64,000 nucleotides of DNA. Origin: an uncultured virus (IMG/VR IMGVR_UViG_2872830528_000001). Its lineage: Duplodnaviria; Heunggongvirae; Uroviricota; Caudoviricetes. The position numbers and the translations under genes were made by a program. Shown here piece by piece: positions 37,300 through 47,052 of the stretch; position 1 is the stretch's first letter; every line of letters begins with the position of its first letter. The DNA lies in IMG/VR virus record IMGVR_UViG_2872830528_000001; one strand, given 5' to 3'. The notes under the pieces are model-generated. The model had not been told where the DNA came from. It was given only the letters and a program-made list of their open reading frames with translations, and made no database searches.

Positions 37300-39022
37300 G
37301 AACGAGGTCCCCGAGGTCGTCACGCCCTTCACGATCGGTCCTACGTGGCAGCGCGGAGAGGACGGCAAGTTCCTCCTTCCTGAGTACACGCTCGGATGGC
37401 ATGCCCTGGCGTGGACAGCGACCTACCTTCAGCACTATGTCGGGGCTCCGTGGCGCTACACGGCCGAGCAGGCCCGCTTGACGCTGTGGTGGTACGCCAT
37501 GGATCCGGTGACGAACCGGTTCGTGTGGCGCGACGGTGTCATCCAGCGGCTGAAGGGCTGGGGCAAGGATCCCCTGATCGCCACTTGGTCGGCGTTCGAG
37601 TTCGTGGGCCCCTGCCGGTTCGGGCAGGTCGCGGATGAGGGTAATGAGTGGGGTGTTCCTCCGGGCCAGCCGCTCGGCCAGCCGCATCCGGCGGCCTGGG
37701 TGCAGATCGCCGCGGTGAGCCAGGACCAGACGCGGAACACGATGACGCTGTTCCCGTCGATCCTGACGAAGCGGGCGATCGAGGAGTTCCGCATCGACCT
37801 CGGCAAGGAGATCATTTACGCCGACAAGGGCCGCGCCCGCATCGAAGCCGTCACGAGCTCGCCGCGCGCGCTGGAGGGCGGTCGGCCGACGGCGGTGAAT
37901 CTGGGTGAGACGCATCACTGGCTGGAGTCGAACCAGGGGCACGAGATGGCCGCGGTCATCGAGCGCAACGCCACGAAGTCGGCTGACGGACAGTCCCGGA
38001 CGCTGGCGAACACCAACGCCTACGAGCCTGGCGAGGACAGTGTCGCCGAGCGGACCCGCGAGGCGTTCGAATCGGCGGAGGCTGGCCGCGCTGCGGAGGT
38101 CGGGCTGTTCTACGACAGCCTGGAGGCGCCGGCGGAGGCGAAGCTGTCCGAGGAGTGGATCGAACCGACACTGCGCGCTGTCCGGGGCGACTCGGTCTGG
38201 CTGGACCTCGAGCGGCTGAAGGCGTCGATCCTCGATGTCCGCAACCCGCCCAGTCGGTCGCGCCGGTTCTGGTTCAACCAGATCACCGCCTCGGAGGACG
38301 CCTATCTGGCGCCCTACGAATGGAATGCGTGCCCGCACGAGGGCATCGAGTTGCAGGCGGGCGACGAGATCGTCCTCTTCTTCGACGGCTCCAAGTCGGA
38401 CGACGCGACAGGCCTGGTGGCATGCCGTTTGTCCGACGGTCACCTGCAGACGCTCGGCGTGTGGCAGAGGCGGCCGAACTGGCCGGATGGGGTGCCCTGG
38501 CGGGTGCCGCGAGAGGAGGTCGACGGCGTCGTGGACTTCACCTTCGCTACGTACAGGCCGCTGGCGTTCTTCGCCGACCCAGGGTCAGGCTTCGACGACG
38601 CCGACGGCGAACGGTACTGGGACAGCTACATCGACACGTGGGCGCAGCGGTACGGCAAGCGGCTGAAACTGAAGGCGGTCTCGTCCGGGCACGGTGCTCA
38701 CGCGGTGATGTGGGACATGCGTGACCGCCGGCGCCAGCAGGCCTTCACAGAGGCCGTGGACCGCTTCTACCGGGATGTGCTGGAGCGGCAGGTGACCCAC
38801 GACGGCCACAAGGTTCTCCGGCAGCACATCGCCAACGCGCGTCGCCGCACGAACGCTTGGGGCTACACGATCGGCAAGGAGCATCGCGAGTCCGCCCGGA
38901 AGGTGGACTTGGCGGTGTGCGCAATCGGCGCCCGAATGCTCCGCCGGATGGTCATGAACAGCCCGGCTTGGACGAAACGGTCGAAGGCCCGCGGTGCGGG
39001 AAGGGTGGTGGTCCTGCGATGA
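37292..39022 (+). CDS. Terminase large subunit
   Basis: RLKGWGKDP Walker A variant, ETHHW, FDGSKSDDAT RNase H domain, KVDLAV. Confidence 0.95.
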   Translation: MAENEVPEVVTPFTIGPTWQRGEDGKFLLPEYTLGWHALAWTATYLQHYVGAPWRYTAEQARLTLWWYAMDPVTNRFVWRDGVIQRLKGWGKDPLIATWSAFEFVGPCRFGQVADEGNEWGVPPGQPLGQPHPAAWVQIAAVSQDQTRNTMTLFPSILTKRAIEEFRIDLGKEIIYADKGRARIEAVTSSPRALEGGRPTAVNLGETHHWLESNQGHEMAAVIERNATKSADGQSRTLANTNAYEPGEDSVAERTREAFESAEAGRAAEVGLFYDSLEAPAEAKLSEEWIEPTLRAVRGDSVWLDLERLKASILDVRNPPSRSRRFWFNQITASEDAYLAPYEWNACPHEGIELQAGDEIVLFFDGSKSDDATGLVACRLSDGHLQTLGVWQRRPNWPDGVPWRVPREEVDGVVDFTFATYRPLAFFADPGSGFDDADGERYWDSYIDTWAQRYGKRLKLKAVSSGHGAHAVMWDMRDRRRQQAFTEAVDRFYRDVLERQVTHDGHKVLRQHIANARRRTNAWGYTIGKEHRESARKVDLAVCAIGARMLRRMVMNSPAWTKRSKARGAGRVVVLR

Positions 39023-40446
39023 CGATTCCCACCCTGCCCCTGGTCGGCCTGTCGGACGACGAGCAGCAGATCCTTACCCTTCTCCGAACCGATCTGCTGG
39101 CCCACCGATTCAAGCTGGAGGTGTTGGACGCCTACTTCAACGGCGAGCAGATCATCCGAGACCTGGGGATCAGCATCCCGCCGCAACTGAAGACGCTGCA
39201 CACGGTCATCGGCTGGCCGCGAGTCGGGGTGGAGGCTCTGGAGCAACGCCTCGACCTGGAGGCGTTTCGCTGGGCTGACGGGTCGGACTCCACCGAGCTG
39301 GAGGAGATCGCCGAGGCGAACGACCTGTATGACGAGTCGAGCCTGGCCCATCTGGACGCCCTGACCTACGGCCACGAGTACGTGACGGTCGGCACGGCGG
39401 ACGACGACGGCGCCCCGCCGATCATCACCTACGAGTCGCCGCTCGACATGACGCTCGCCTGGGATGCCCGGCTACGCAAGCCGCTATACGCGCTGCGGGA
39501 GTGCCAGGACCGCTACGACTTCGGTCTGACGCCGGACGAGCGGCTGGTCACGCTGTACCTGCCAGACCAGAACATCTACGCGGTACAGCAGGGGAACGAC
39601 TGGGAAGTCATCGACCGGGACGAGCACGGTCTCGGCGTGGTGACGGTCCTGCGTATGGCGAACCGGCAGCGAACCGGTGACCGGGTCGGAAAGTCGGAGA
39701 TCACTCCCGAGGTCCGGTCCATCACGGATGCTGCATGCCGCCGGCTGATGGGCATCGAGGTGGCTGCCGAGTTCTTCGGCGCCCCTCAGCGCTACATCTT
39801 GGGCGCGAGCGAGTCCGCGTTCCAGGACGCCGAGGGCAACGCCAAGAGCGCGTGGGAGACTTACATCGGGCGCGTTCTGGCCCTGGAGCGGGACGAGGAC
39901 GGTGACGTCCCGACGGTAGGCGCGTTCACGGCGCATGACCCGTCGGGCCAGACGAAGATCATCGACCTGTATGCGCGAATCATGTCGTCGCAGCTGTCGG
40001 TCCCACCACACATGCTCGGCTACACCAGCGACAACCCTGCGAGTGCGGACGCCATCCGCTCAGCCGAGGGCGCCCTGGTCAAGAAGGCCGAGCGGAGAAT
40101 CAGACGGTTCGGGGCCACGCACAAGGCGACGATGCAGCTGGCGCTGTGGGTCCGGGACGGCGAACAGCCTGATCCGTCACGCCGCATTGAGACGGTGTGG
40201 CGCAACCCGGCGACGCCTACGATCGCGGCCCAGACCGACGCGGCGGTGAAGATGGTCGCCGCCGGCCTGCTGCCTGCAGATTCCGAGGTGGCGCTGGAGA
40301 TGGCTGGTCTGACCGAGGACCAGCGCGAGCGTGTCGCCGCCGAGCGACGCCGGGCCCAGGGCCGCCAGGTCCTGGCCTCCCTTGTGGGCCAGGGCGCCGA
40401 GGAGACCGCGGTACCGGAGGCTGGCGATGGCGAGTACGACCTCTGA
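39019..40446 (+). CDS. Portal protein (SPP1 gp6-like)
   Basis: Follows terL; EFFGAPQRY, NPASADAI, WRNPATPT. Confidence 0.93.
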   Translation: MTIPTLPLVGLSDDEQQILTLLRTDLLAHRFKLEVLDAYFNGEQIIRDLGISIPPQLKTLHTVIGWPRVGVEALEQRLDLEAFRWADGSDSTELEEIAEANDLYDESSLAHLDALTYGHEYVTVGTADDDGAPPIITYESPLDMTLAWDARLRKPLYALRECQDRYDFGLTPDERLVTLYLPDQNIYAVQQGNDWEVIDRDEHGLGVVTVLRMANRQRTGDRVGKSEITPEVRSITDAACRRLMGIEVAAEFFGAPQRYILGASESAFQDAEGNAKSAWETYIGRVLALERDEDGDVPTVGAFTAHDPSGQTKIIDLYARIMSSQLSVPPHMLGYTSDNPASADAIRSAEGALVKKAERRIRRFGATHKATMQLALWVRDGEQPDPSRRIETVWRNPATPTIAAQTDAAVKMVAAGLLPADSEVALEMAGLTEDQRERVAAERRRAQGRQVLASLVGQGAEETAVPEAGDGEYDL

Positions 40447-41197
40447 TTCTGGGCCTGCCGCGGTACGGCAGCGGCAGGCCCAGCGCGGGGTGACGCGCTT
40501 GCTGGTCCGCGACATGCGCTCCTTGCGGCGGATCATCATCCCTTCCCGGCTCCAGGCCACGGTGCCCGAATGGATTACGGCAGTCAGGTCCCTGGTGGAC
40601 CAGTACGGCGCCGCGTCGTCCGCTCTCTCGGCGGACTACTACGAAGCGCAGCGAGCCGCGGCCCGCGTCACGGGAAGCTTCACCGTCCCGCTCGTCGACC
40701 CGCCCCCGGAGGAGCAGGTCGAGAACAGCCTGCGGTGGGCGACGAAGGATCTGTGGCCGCGAGACCCGGAGGACCCGGAGACTACCGACGCCCAGCGCCA
40801 GCCGATGGACGTCCGCCTTGAGCAGGCCGAGAAGAAGGCTGAGGCGGTCGCCCAGAAGTTGGTCTCTGACCAGGGCCGCGGCACGGTTCAAGGTGCAGTG
40901 CAACGCGACCGGCAGGCCACCGCATGGGCGCGTTCTGCGGCTTTGGGCGCGTGCAGCTTCTGCAAGCTCCTGGCGACCCGCGGAGCGATTTACAAGGAGG
41001 ACACGGCCGACTTCCAGGCCCACGACGGCTGCCACTGCGGCGTCGTGCCGGTGTTCAAAGGGCAGCGGTTCGAGCTGTCCGACCACGCACGCGAGTGGGA
41101 GCGGCTGTACCGCGAGTTCGCGGCGCCTCACTCGGGCGATCAGCTGAGGCGGTTCCGCCTGGCCCTCGCCGAACACGGGCACTCGCCCGCTCTGTAA
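40427..41197 (+). CDS. MuF-like minor head/capsid maturation protein
   Basis: ACSFCKLLATRG..HDGCHC..VPV. Confidence 0.8.
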   Translation: MASTTSDSGPAAVRQRQAQRGVTRLLVRDMRSLRRIIIPSRLQATVPEWITAVRSLVDQYGAASSALSADYYEAQRAAARVTGSFTVPLVDPPPEEQVENSLRWATKDLWPRDPEDPETTDAQRQPMDVRLEQAEKKAEAVAQKLVSDQGRGTVQGAVQRDRQATAWARSAALGACSFCKLLATRGAIYKEDTADFQAHDGCHCGVVPVFKGQRFELSDHAREWERLYREFAAPHSGDQLRRFRLALAEHGHSPAL

Positions 41198-41251
41198 ACC
41201 CGCGGCTGCCCTGGAGGTGGCCTTTCTCAGCCCCTGGAGGGCCAGTTCACC

Positions 41252-41839
41252 ATGCCTGAAGAGACCCAGACCGAGCAGGTCGAAGAGCAGCCGCAGGAGC
41301 TCGACACCGCCCCGGAGGCGGAGGGCGCCGAGGAGGAGCCGTTCGACGCGGACCGCGCCAAAAAGGCGATCAACAAGAAGAACGCGGAGAACAAGAGCCT
41401 CCGCGATCGCCTCAAGGAGCTCGAACCGCTCGCCCGCAAGGCGAAGGAGCTCGAGGACGCCCAGAAGTCCGAGCAGGAACGGCTCTCCGAGCAGCTGACC
41501 GCCCAGCAGGAGAAGGCGGCTAAGGCCATCCGCACAGCCGTGGCCTCGAAGGTGGAGGCGCTCGCCGCGAAGGAGTTCGCCGACCCGGAGGACGCCGCCG
41601 GCGCGCTGGACCTGTCTGGCTATGTCGACGACGACGGGGCCATCGACACCGACGCCATCAAGAGCGACCTCGCCGACCTCCTCAAGCGCAAGCCGCACTG
41701 GGCCAAGGCCCCCGAAGGGCCGCGATCCCCGCGACCGGACCGCACGCAGGGCTCGTCAGGCAACGGCAACCGAACCCCCAACAGCCCGGCGGAAGAGTTC
41801 GCGGGCTTCATGAAGAGGGCCCTCAACGGGGGCCGCTGA
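41252..41839 (+). CDS. Scaffolding protein
   Basis: Acidic N-terminus, coiled coil, precedes the capsid gene. Confidence 0.85.
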   Translation: MPEETQTEQVEEQPQELDTAPEAEGAEEEPFDADRAKKAINKKNAENKSLRDRLKELEPLARKAKELEDAQKSEQERLSEQLTAQQEKAAKAIRTAVASKVEALAAKEFADPEDAAGALDLSGYVDDDGAIDTDAIKSDLADLLKRKPHWAKAPEGPRSPRPDRTQGSSGNGNRTPNSPAEEFAGFMKRALNGGR

Positions 41840-41851
41840 GAGAGGTAGACC

Positions 41852-42808
41852 ATGGCTGCTACGCCGCCCATCAAGCTGTCGGACATCGACAGCACTTTCC
41901 TGCCCGAGACCCTCGTCGGGCCCATCTTCGAGAAGTCCGTCGAGCAGTCGGCGGTCATGTCGCTCGCCAAGCGCGTACCGCTGGCGATGACGGCGAACAC
42001 CGCAGTCCCGGTGCCGCTCGACGTGCCGACGGCTGACTGGGTCGAGCAGGCCGGCCGAAAGCCGATCAGCACCGGCGGCGTCGACATCAAGCAGATGACC
42101 GGCAAGAAGATCGCGGTCTTGATCCCGGTCGCCATGGAGGTCGCCGACTCCAACGCGGCGGGCCTGTGGACGCAGCTGCAGCGCGACCTGCCGACCGCGT
42201 TCGCCCGGGCCTTCGACCGCGCCACGATCCACGGCAAGACGATGAAGGGCGCCACCGGGCCCTTCGCGGACTACCTGGCGATGACCACGAAGTCGGTCAC
42301 CATCGGCGGCACGACGCAGGCCAACGGTGGCATCTACGGCGACATCGTCAAGGGTATGAAGGAGACCATCGACGACGACTGGGACTACACCGGCACGGTC
42401 CTGGACCACCGGATGAAGCCCAGCCTCCTCGGAGCGACGGACACCACCGGCCGTCCCATCTTCGTCGATACGACCCAGCCGGGTACCGGCGCCGCACTGG
42501 CCGGCACGTTGGTCGGCGAGCCGGTCGCATACTCCCGCAGCGTGTCCGGCAAGCTCCGTCGCCAGTCCGGGACCATCGACACTGGTCTGCGCGGCATCGG
42601 CGGCGACTGGTCGCAGACCGCCTACGGCGTCGGCATGGACATCACCGTCAAGATTTCCCGCGAGGCGACGTACATCGACGAGGATGGCGGCGTGCACTCC
42701 GCCTTCCAGGAGAACCTCGTGCTCCTCCTCGCGGAGGCCTATTACGGCTTCGTCCTCGGCGACGAGGAGGCCTTCGTGAAGTACCTGGCGGCCGGCGGCT
42801 CCTCCTGA
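41852..42808 (+). CDS. Major capsid protein (HK97 fold)
   Basis: WV.Q...KP, KKIAVL, FQENL..EAYYG..AF. Confidence 0.92.
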   Translation: MAATPPIKLSDIDSTFLPETLVGPIFEKSVEQSAVMSLAKRVPLAMTANTAVPVPLDVPTADWVEQAGRKPISTGGVDIKQMTGKKIAVLIPVAMEVADSNAAGLWTQLQRDLPTAFARAFDRATIHGKTMKGATGPFADYLAMTTKSVTIGGTTQANGGIYGDIVKGMKETIDDDWDYTGTVLDHRMKPSLLGATDTTGRPIFVDTTQPGTGAALAGTLVGEPVAYSRSVSGKLRRQSGTIDTGLRGIGGDWSQTAYGVGMDITVKISREATYIDEDGGVHSAFQENLVLLLAEAYYGFVLGDEEAFVKYLAAGGSS

Positions 42809-43827
42809 TGCCGGGCGTGGAGGGTGGCCGGGCGCCGATGCGGATCGTCGCCCGGCTGCACGGCTACCCGCCGCGCCACAACGCCGGTGCCGAGTGGATG
42901 GTCCACTCCCAGCTCCGGGCCCTCGTCGAGCGGGGCCACGACGTGTCGGTGTGGCTATCCCGCTACACGGATGACAGGGCCGACTACGAGCTCGACGGCG
43001 TCCAGGTCATCCCGCTCCAGTCTCGCCTCGACGCCGGATCCGCAATCCGCAAGGCCGACGTCGTGGTCTCTCACCTGGAGAACGTGCCCGCAGCCGGTGC
43101 GCTGGCCCGCGGGTACGGGAAGCCTCTGGCGGTGGTCTGTCACAACACCCACCGGCAGAGCTTCCGGGAGATGGCGGGCGGCTGTGACCTGGCCGTCTAC
43201 AACTCGAACTGGATGAAGCGCGAAGCCGAGCTGTTCTTCGCCGAGTACCCGAAGGGAATCCGGCCGGGCAGCGAAGTCATCGTCAGGCCGCCGGTCTTCG
43301 CCGAGGAGTACCGGACGAAGCCAGGCTCCAAGGTGACGCTCATCAACCTGAACGAGGAGAAGGGCGGTCGGCTCTTCGGGGAGCTCGCACGCCGGATGCC
43401 GGACGTCGAGTTTCTCGCGGTGACCGGCGCCTACGGCGAGCAGATCGTTCCCGACCTGCCGAACGTCGAAGTGATCAGCCACATGTGCGGCCACGACATG
43501 CGGGAGAAGGTGTACAGCCGCACGAAGGTGCTGCTGATGCCGTCCTCGTATGAGTCGTGGGGTAGGGCAGGCGTGGAGGCGCTCGCGAGCGGTTTGCCCG
43601 TGGTGGCCCACCCGACGCCTGGATTGTGTGAGTCCCTGGGCGAGGCTGGCGTGTTCGTCGATCTTCACGATGCCGAGGGGTACGAGTCGGTGATCCGGAA
43701 GCTCCTGTCGGATCCTGCGGAGTACCGGCTGGTGTCTAAACGGGCTAAGGCCCGCTCGGCGGAGCTCGACCCAACTGCCGATCTATCCGCCTGGGTTGAC
43801 GCCGTAGAGAGTCTGGCTAGGCGATAG
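42808..43827 (+). CDS. GT-B fold glycosyltransferase (GT4-like), coupled to the capsid gene
   Basis: GAE, HN, NS, KGG, LLMPSSYESWGRAGVEALASGLPV. Confidence 0.9.
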   Translation: MPGVEGGRAPMRIVARLHGYPPRHNAGAEWMVHSQLRALVERGHDVSVWLSRYTDDRADYELDGVQVIPLQSRLDAGSAIRKADVVVSHLENVPAAGALARGYGKPLAVVCHNTHRQSFREMAGGCDLAVYNSNWMKREAELFFAEYPKGIRPGSEVIVRPPVFAEEYRTKPGSKVTLINLNEEKGGRLFGELARRMPDVEFLAVTGAYGEQIVPDLPNVEVISHMCGHDMREKVYSRTKVLLMPSSYESWGRAGVEALASGLPVVAHPTPGLCESLGEAGVFVDLHDAEGYESVIRKLLSDPAEYRLVSKRAKARSAELDPTADLSAWVDAVESLARR

Positions 43828-43835
43828 AATGGAGC

Positions 43836-44441
43836 ATGGCATCCAACGTCAGACGTGATCCTCTCGAACGGTTCGAAGAGCAGGTCGGCAAGTCCCCCAA
43901 TGGCCACTGGGTGTGGGCCGGGGTGCTCTCTAATGGGTACGGAAACTTTTGGGACGGGATCCGCAAGGTTCCCGCTCACAGATGGGCCTACGAGTACTGG
44001 GTGGGCCCCATACCCGCTGGCATGCAGATCGATCATCTGTGTCGGATTCGTCAGTGCGTCAATCCGGAGCACCTCGAACCGGTAACTCCGCGAGAGAACG
44101 TGTTGCGCAGCGACAGCCCGCCCGGCCTCAGCTACCGCACTGGAAGGTGCAAGCACGGGCACGAGATGACGCCGGAGAACACCTCGTTCAACAAGGCGGG
44201 GAGTAGGCAGTGCAAGGCCTGCCGCCGTGCCTCCTTCAAGAGGTACAGGGAGAAGAAGCTGGGCAGGCCAGCCGAGGTCTACAACCGAGACAAGACGCAC
44301 TGCCCCAAAGGGCACCCATACGACACCGAGAACACATACCTGGAGCCTGACGGCCGCGGCCGTCAGTGCCGGACGTGCAAGCGACAGAACAAGGTCGCAG
44401 CACGGGCGAGAGCCCGTGCCGTCTCAGTAGAAGCCCAGTAA
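43836..44441 (+). CDS. Free-standing HNH homing endonuclease
   Basis: AHR..DHLC..CVNPEHL..EN plus two C..GH..ENT..RQC..C fingers; lower GC. Confidence 0.9.
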   Translation: MASNVRRDPLERFEEQVGKSPNGHWVWAGVLSNGYGNFWDGIRKVPAHRWAYEYWVGPIPAGMQIDHLCRIRQCVNPEHLEPVTPRENVLRSDSPPGLSYRTGRCKHGHEMTPENTSFNKAGSRQCKACRRASFKRYREKKLGRPAEVYNRDKTHCPKGHPYDTENTYLEPDGRGRQCRTCKRQNKVAARARARAVSVEAQ

Positions 44442-44451
44442 GGAGGCGGCG

Positions 44452-44868
44452 GTGACTTTCGTACCCCCGACGGCTGAGGAGCTGGGCCTCTATCTGGGCC
44501 TGGCGGAGATCGACGGCGAGCGGGCTGACCTGCTGATCAAGCAGGCTGTCGCACTGGCCGAGTCGGTGGTGAAGCCGCTTCCCGATCAGGCCACGGCAGT
44601 AGTCCTCTCGGTCGCCGGCCGTGCCTACATCAACCCGCAGCAGGTCACCTACGAGACGATCGGGCCGCAGTCTGTGCAGCGCCCGGCCGGGTCTGGCGGC
44701 TTGTACCTCACGAAGGCGGACAAGGCGGCTCTGAAGGCTTTGGCCGGTAGGGGCGGGGCCTTCACGGTCGACCCGACTCCCGACGAGGCGACAGCGTCGC
44801 CTACGTGGCCGGTGATCGACGGGCGAGTTCCGGGTGAGCCTTACGAACCAGGCTGGGGGTACCGCTGA
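44452..44868 (+). CDS. Head-to-tail adaptor
   Basis: RAYINP..ETIGP..GLYLT motif; position. Confidence 0.8.
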   Translation: MTFVPPTAEELGLYLGLAEIDGERADLLIKQAVALAESVVKPLPDQATAVVLSVAGRAYINPQQVTYETIGPQSVQRPAGSGGLYLTKADKAALKALAGRGGAFTVDPTPDEATASPTWPVIDGRVPGEPYEPGWGYR

Positions 44869-45230
44869 TGCCCGGCCCGTACCCGTTCGGCGAGACCGTG
44901 GTACGTCTACGGCGCGGGCCCTCGCCAGGCCGTGATCCTCGAGGCCAGCCGATCCCAGGCCCTCTCGTCGAGACCCTGGTCCTGGGGTGTGTGGTGACTC
45001 CCCGCCAGGCGGCTCCTCAGGTCGGCGGCGACGAACAGCAGGCCCGGGACACGGTGATCGTCGGCTGGACGGTGTACGCCCCGCCCGGCACGAACTGGCT
45101 GACCACCGACCAGGTCAGGATCCGCGGCGAGACGTGCGAGATCACGGGCGAGCCGGGCGACTGGGGACGCTCGGTGTTCACCGGCACCGCGGGGCCTGTG
45201 CAGTTCGCGGCAGACCGCGTCACCGGATAG
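44868..45230 (+). CDS. Head-to-tail stopper
   Basis: TVYAPPG..DQVRIRG..GEP..W. Confidence 0.8.
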   Translation: MPGPYPFGETVVRLRRGPSPGRDPRGQPIPGPLVETLVLGCVVTPRQAAPQVGGDEQQARDTVIVGWTVYAPPGTNWLTTDQVRIRGETCEITGEPGDWGRSVFTGTAGPVQFAADRVTG

Positions 45231-45253
45231 CCAACCGAGACAAGGAGGCTGCC

Positions 45254-45583
45254 GTGGCCGCAGCTCGTTTCAGGATGTCCAGGCGGGGAGTGGGGCAGCT
45301 CCTGCGCAGCGACCTGGTGCTCGCTGAGATGGTCCGCCGCGCTGAGGTCATCAAGGGAGTCGCGGAGGCTATCGCGCCTGTCGGCGGCCCAGAGGATCCG
45401 CACCGCGGCCTGTACAAGGACAGCTTTTTCGTGCAGCCGGTACGCCGCGGTGGCCGGCGACGGGATCGAGCTGTCGCGGTCGTGGGCAACACGGCTCCCC
45501 ACGGGGCGCACGTCGAGTACGGCACGGAACGTGTCCGCGCCCACCACGTCCTTCTGCGCGCCGCTCAGGCAGGCGGCCGCTGA
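45254..45583 (+). CDS. HK97 gp10-like neck protein
   Basis: APV..G.Y..S..VEYGT..L.RA. Confidence 0.75.
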   Translation: MAAARFRMSRRGVGQLLRSDLVLAEMVRRAEVIKGVAEAIAPVGGPEDPHRGLYKDSFFVQPVRRGGRRRDRAVAVVGNTAPHGAHVEYGTERVRAHHVLLRAAQAGGR

Positions 45584-45984
45584 TGGCGGCGGTCGGGAGC
45601 GTCGACATCGAGCTTGAGCTCATCCAGTGGCTCCAGGCCCGAACCGGGCCGGATGTCGTCGTCCGCGACGAGGTCGACAACCGTCTCCTTGGCGAACTCC
45701 CCACGATCCAGGTCCAGCGGCTGCCTGCTGGCGGTGACGACGGCATCCGGCTCGACAGAGCCTTGGTTGACGTCGACGTCTACCACTCGACTCGGGCCGC
45801 GGCCATCGCTCTGGCCGCCCAGGTCCGGGGCTGGCTGCTTACGGACCTGCCCGGCAGCGTCACCGCCGCTGCCGTCTTCGGCCGGGTCACCTCGTCACCT
45901 CCGCCGGCAGTCCGCCCCTACGAGAACACGGCTCTGCGCCGAGTGGGCGCCACCTACGAAATCTACAGTCACCCGGTCTCCTGA
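45583..45984 (+). CDS. Tail terminator
   Basis: GG.D...DR..VDVD motif; precedes the major tail gene. Confidence 0.75.
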   Translation: MAAVGSVDIELELIQWLQARTGPDVVVRDEVDNRLLGELPTIQVQRLPAGGDDGIRLDRALVDVDVYHSTRAAAIALAAQVRGWLLTDLPGSVTAAAVFGRVTSSPPPAVRPYENTALRRVGATYEIYSHPVS

Positions 45985-46053
45985 CCGGCCTGGGCCCGCG
46001 CCGGACCCATCAGCTCCCGCCCGTGCGCGGGCTTCCTCACGTCTGGAGACGTC

Positions 46054-46638
46054 ATGGTCAACATCACCCGCGCCGCGGACCTGCTCGAGGTCGGCGCCAA
46101 CGGAGGCGGCTGGGTCGCGCCGCTCGGCACCGCATCGCCCGGCGACCCGCAGGTCCAGCCGCTCGCCCCCTGGCTCCCGCTCGGCGCCCTGTCCGACGAT
46201 GGCCTCGTCCAGGGCTTCGAGGAGGACTCCCAGTCGTTCACGCCGTGGGGGTACACGTCGCCGATCCGGACGACGATCACCAGCTCCATCAGGACGTTCG
46301 CTGTGACCGCCTGGGAGACAGGACGGACCACGGTGCAGTCCCTGCAGTACCGCATCCCGGTCGAGGAGCTGGAGCCGGCGTCGGGCCTGACGACGTTCGC
46401 CGAGACCGCGTCGCCGGTGCCGGACCGCCGAGCCTTCTGGTTCGTCGTCCTGGACGGTGAGCTGCAGCGCGGCTTCTACATCCCGCAGGGCGAGATCACC
46501 GAGAGGTCGGACGTCACTCACAAGCAGGACGAGGTCGCCGGCTTCCAGTGGACGATCACGTCCTACCCGGACGAGTCCGGGAACACGGTCTACCACGCCG
46601 ACCGCGTCCCGGCGACCCCCGCCTACACGGGTTCCTGA
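46054..46638 (+). CDS. Major tail (tube) protein
   Basis: LGALSDDG..PWG..GEITER..T.YPD..G. Confidence 0.88.
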   Translation: MVNITRAADLLEVGANGGGWVAPLGTASPGDPQVQPLAPWLPLGALSDDGLVQGFEEDSQSFTPWGYTSPIRTTITSSIRTFAVTAWETGRTTVQSLQYRIPVEELEPASGLTTFAETASPVPDRRAFWFVVLDGELQRGFYIPQGEITERSDVTHKQDEVAGFQWTITSYPDESGNTVYHADRVPATPAYTGS

Positions 46639-46725
46639 TCGGGTGGACGGGCCGTCAACCGTCGGCGCGGGCCCGGCCCGTCCACCTGCACTTCGCCCGC
46701 GCCATCAACCTAGGAGGTCCGCGCC

Positions 46726-47052
46726 ATGACCGCACAGAGCACCACGCCTGCCACGGCTCAGGAAGCCGAAGCCGAGGGGCACTTCATCACCACTCAACTC
46801 GCCGGCAAGGACGTCGAGGTCGTCCCGGGCGGAGCCTGGCGCCAGTCCACCATGCGCAAGCTGCGGGCCGGCGACATCGACGGCTTCATGGAGGACGTGC
46901 TGAGCCCCGATTCCTACGAGATGTACCTGGACCTCGATCCCACCAACGACGAGGTCGGCGAGTTCGCCAACGCGGCTGGCGAGGCGTCGGGCGAGACGAT
47001 GGGAAAGTCCAGTGGACCGTCGGCATCGTCGAGGCGCACGCGGAGGAAGTAG
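46726..47052 (+). CDS. Tail assembly chaperone G
   Basis: Between the tube and tape measure genes; G GGA AAG slippery site at 47001. Confidence 0.85.
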   Translation: MTAQSTTPATAQEAEAEGHFITTQLAGKDVEVVPGGAWRQSTMRKLRAGDIDGFMEDVLSPDSYEMYLDLDPTNDEVGEFANAAGEASGETMGKSSGPSASSRRTRRK

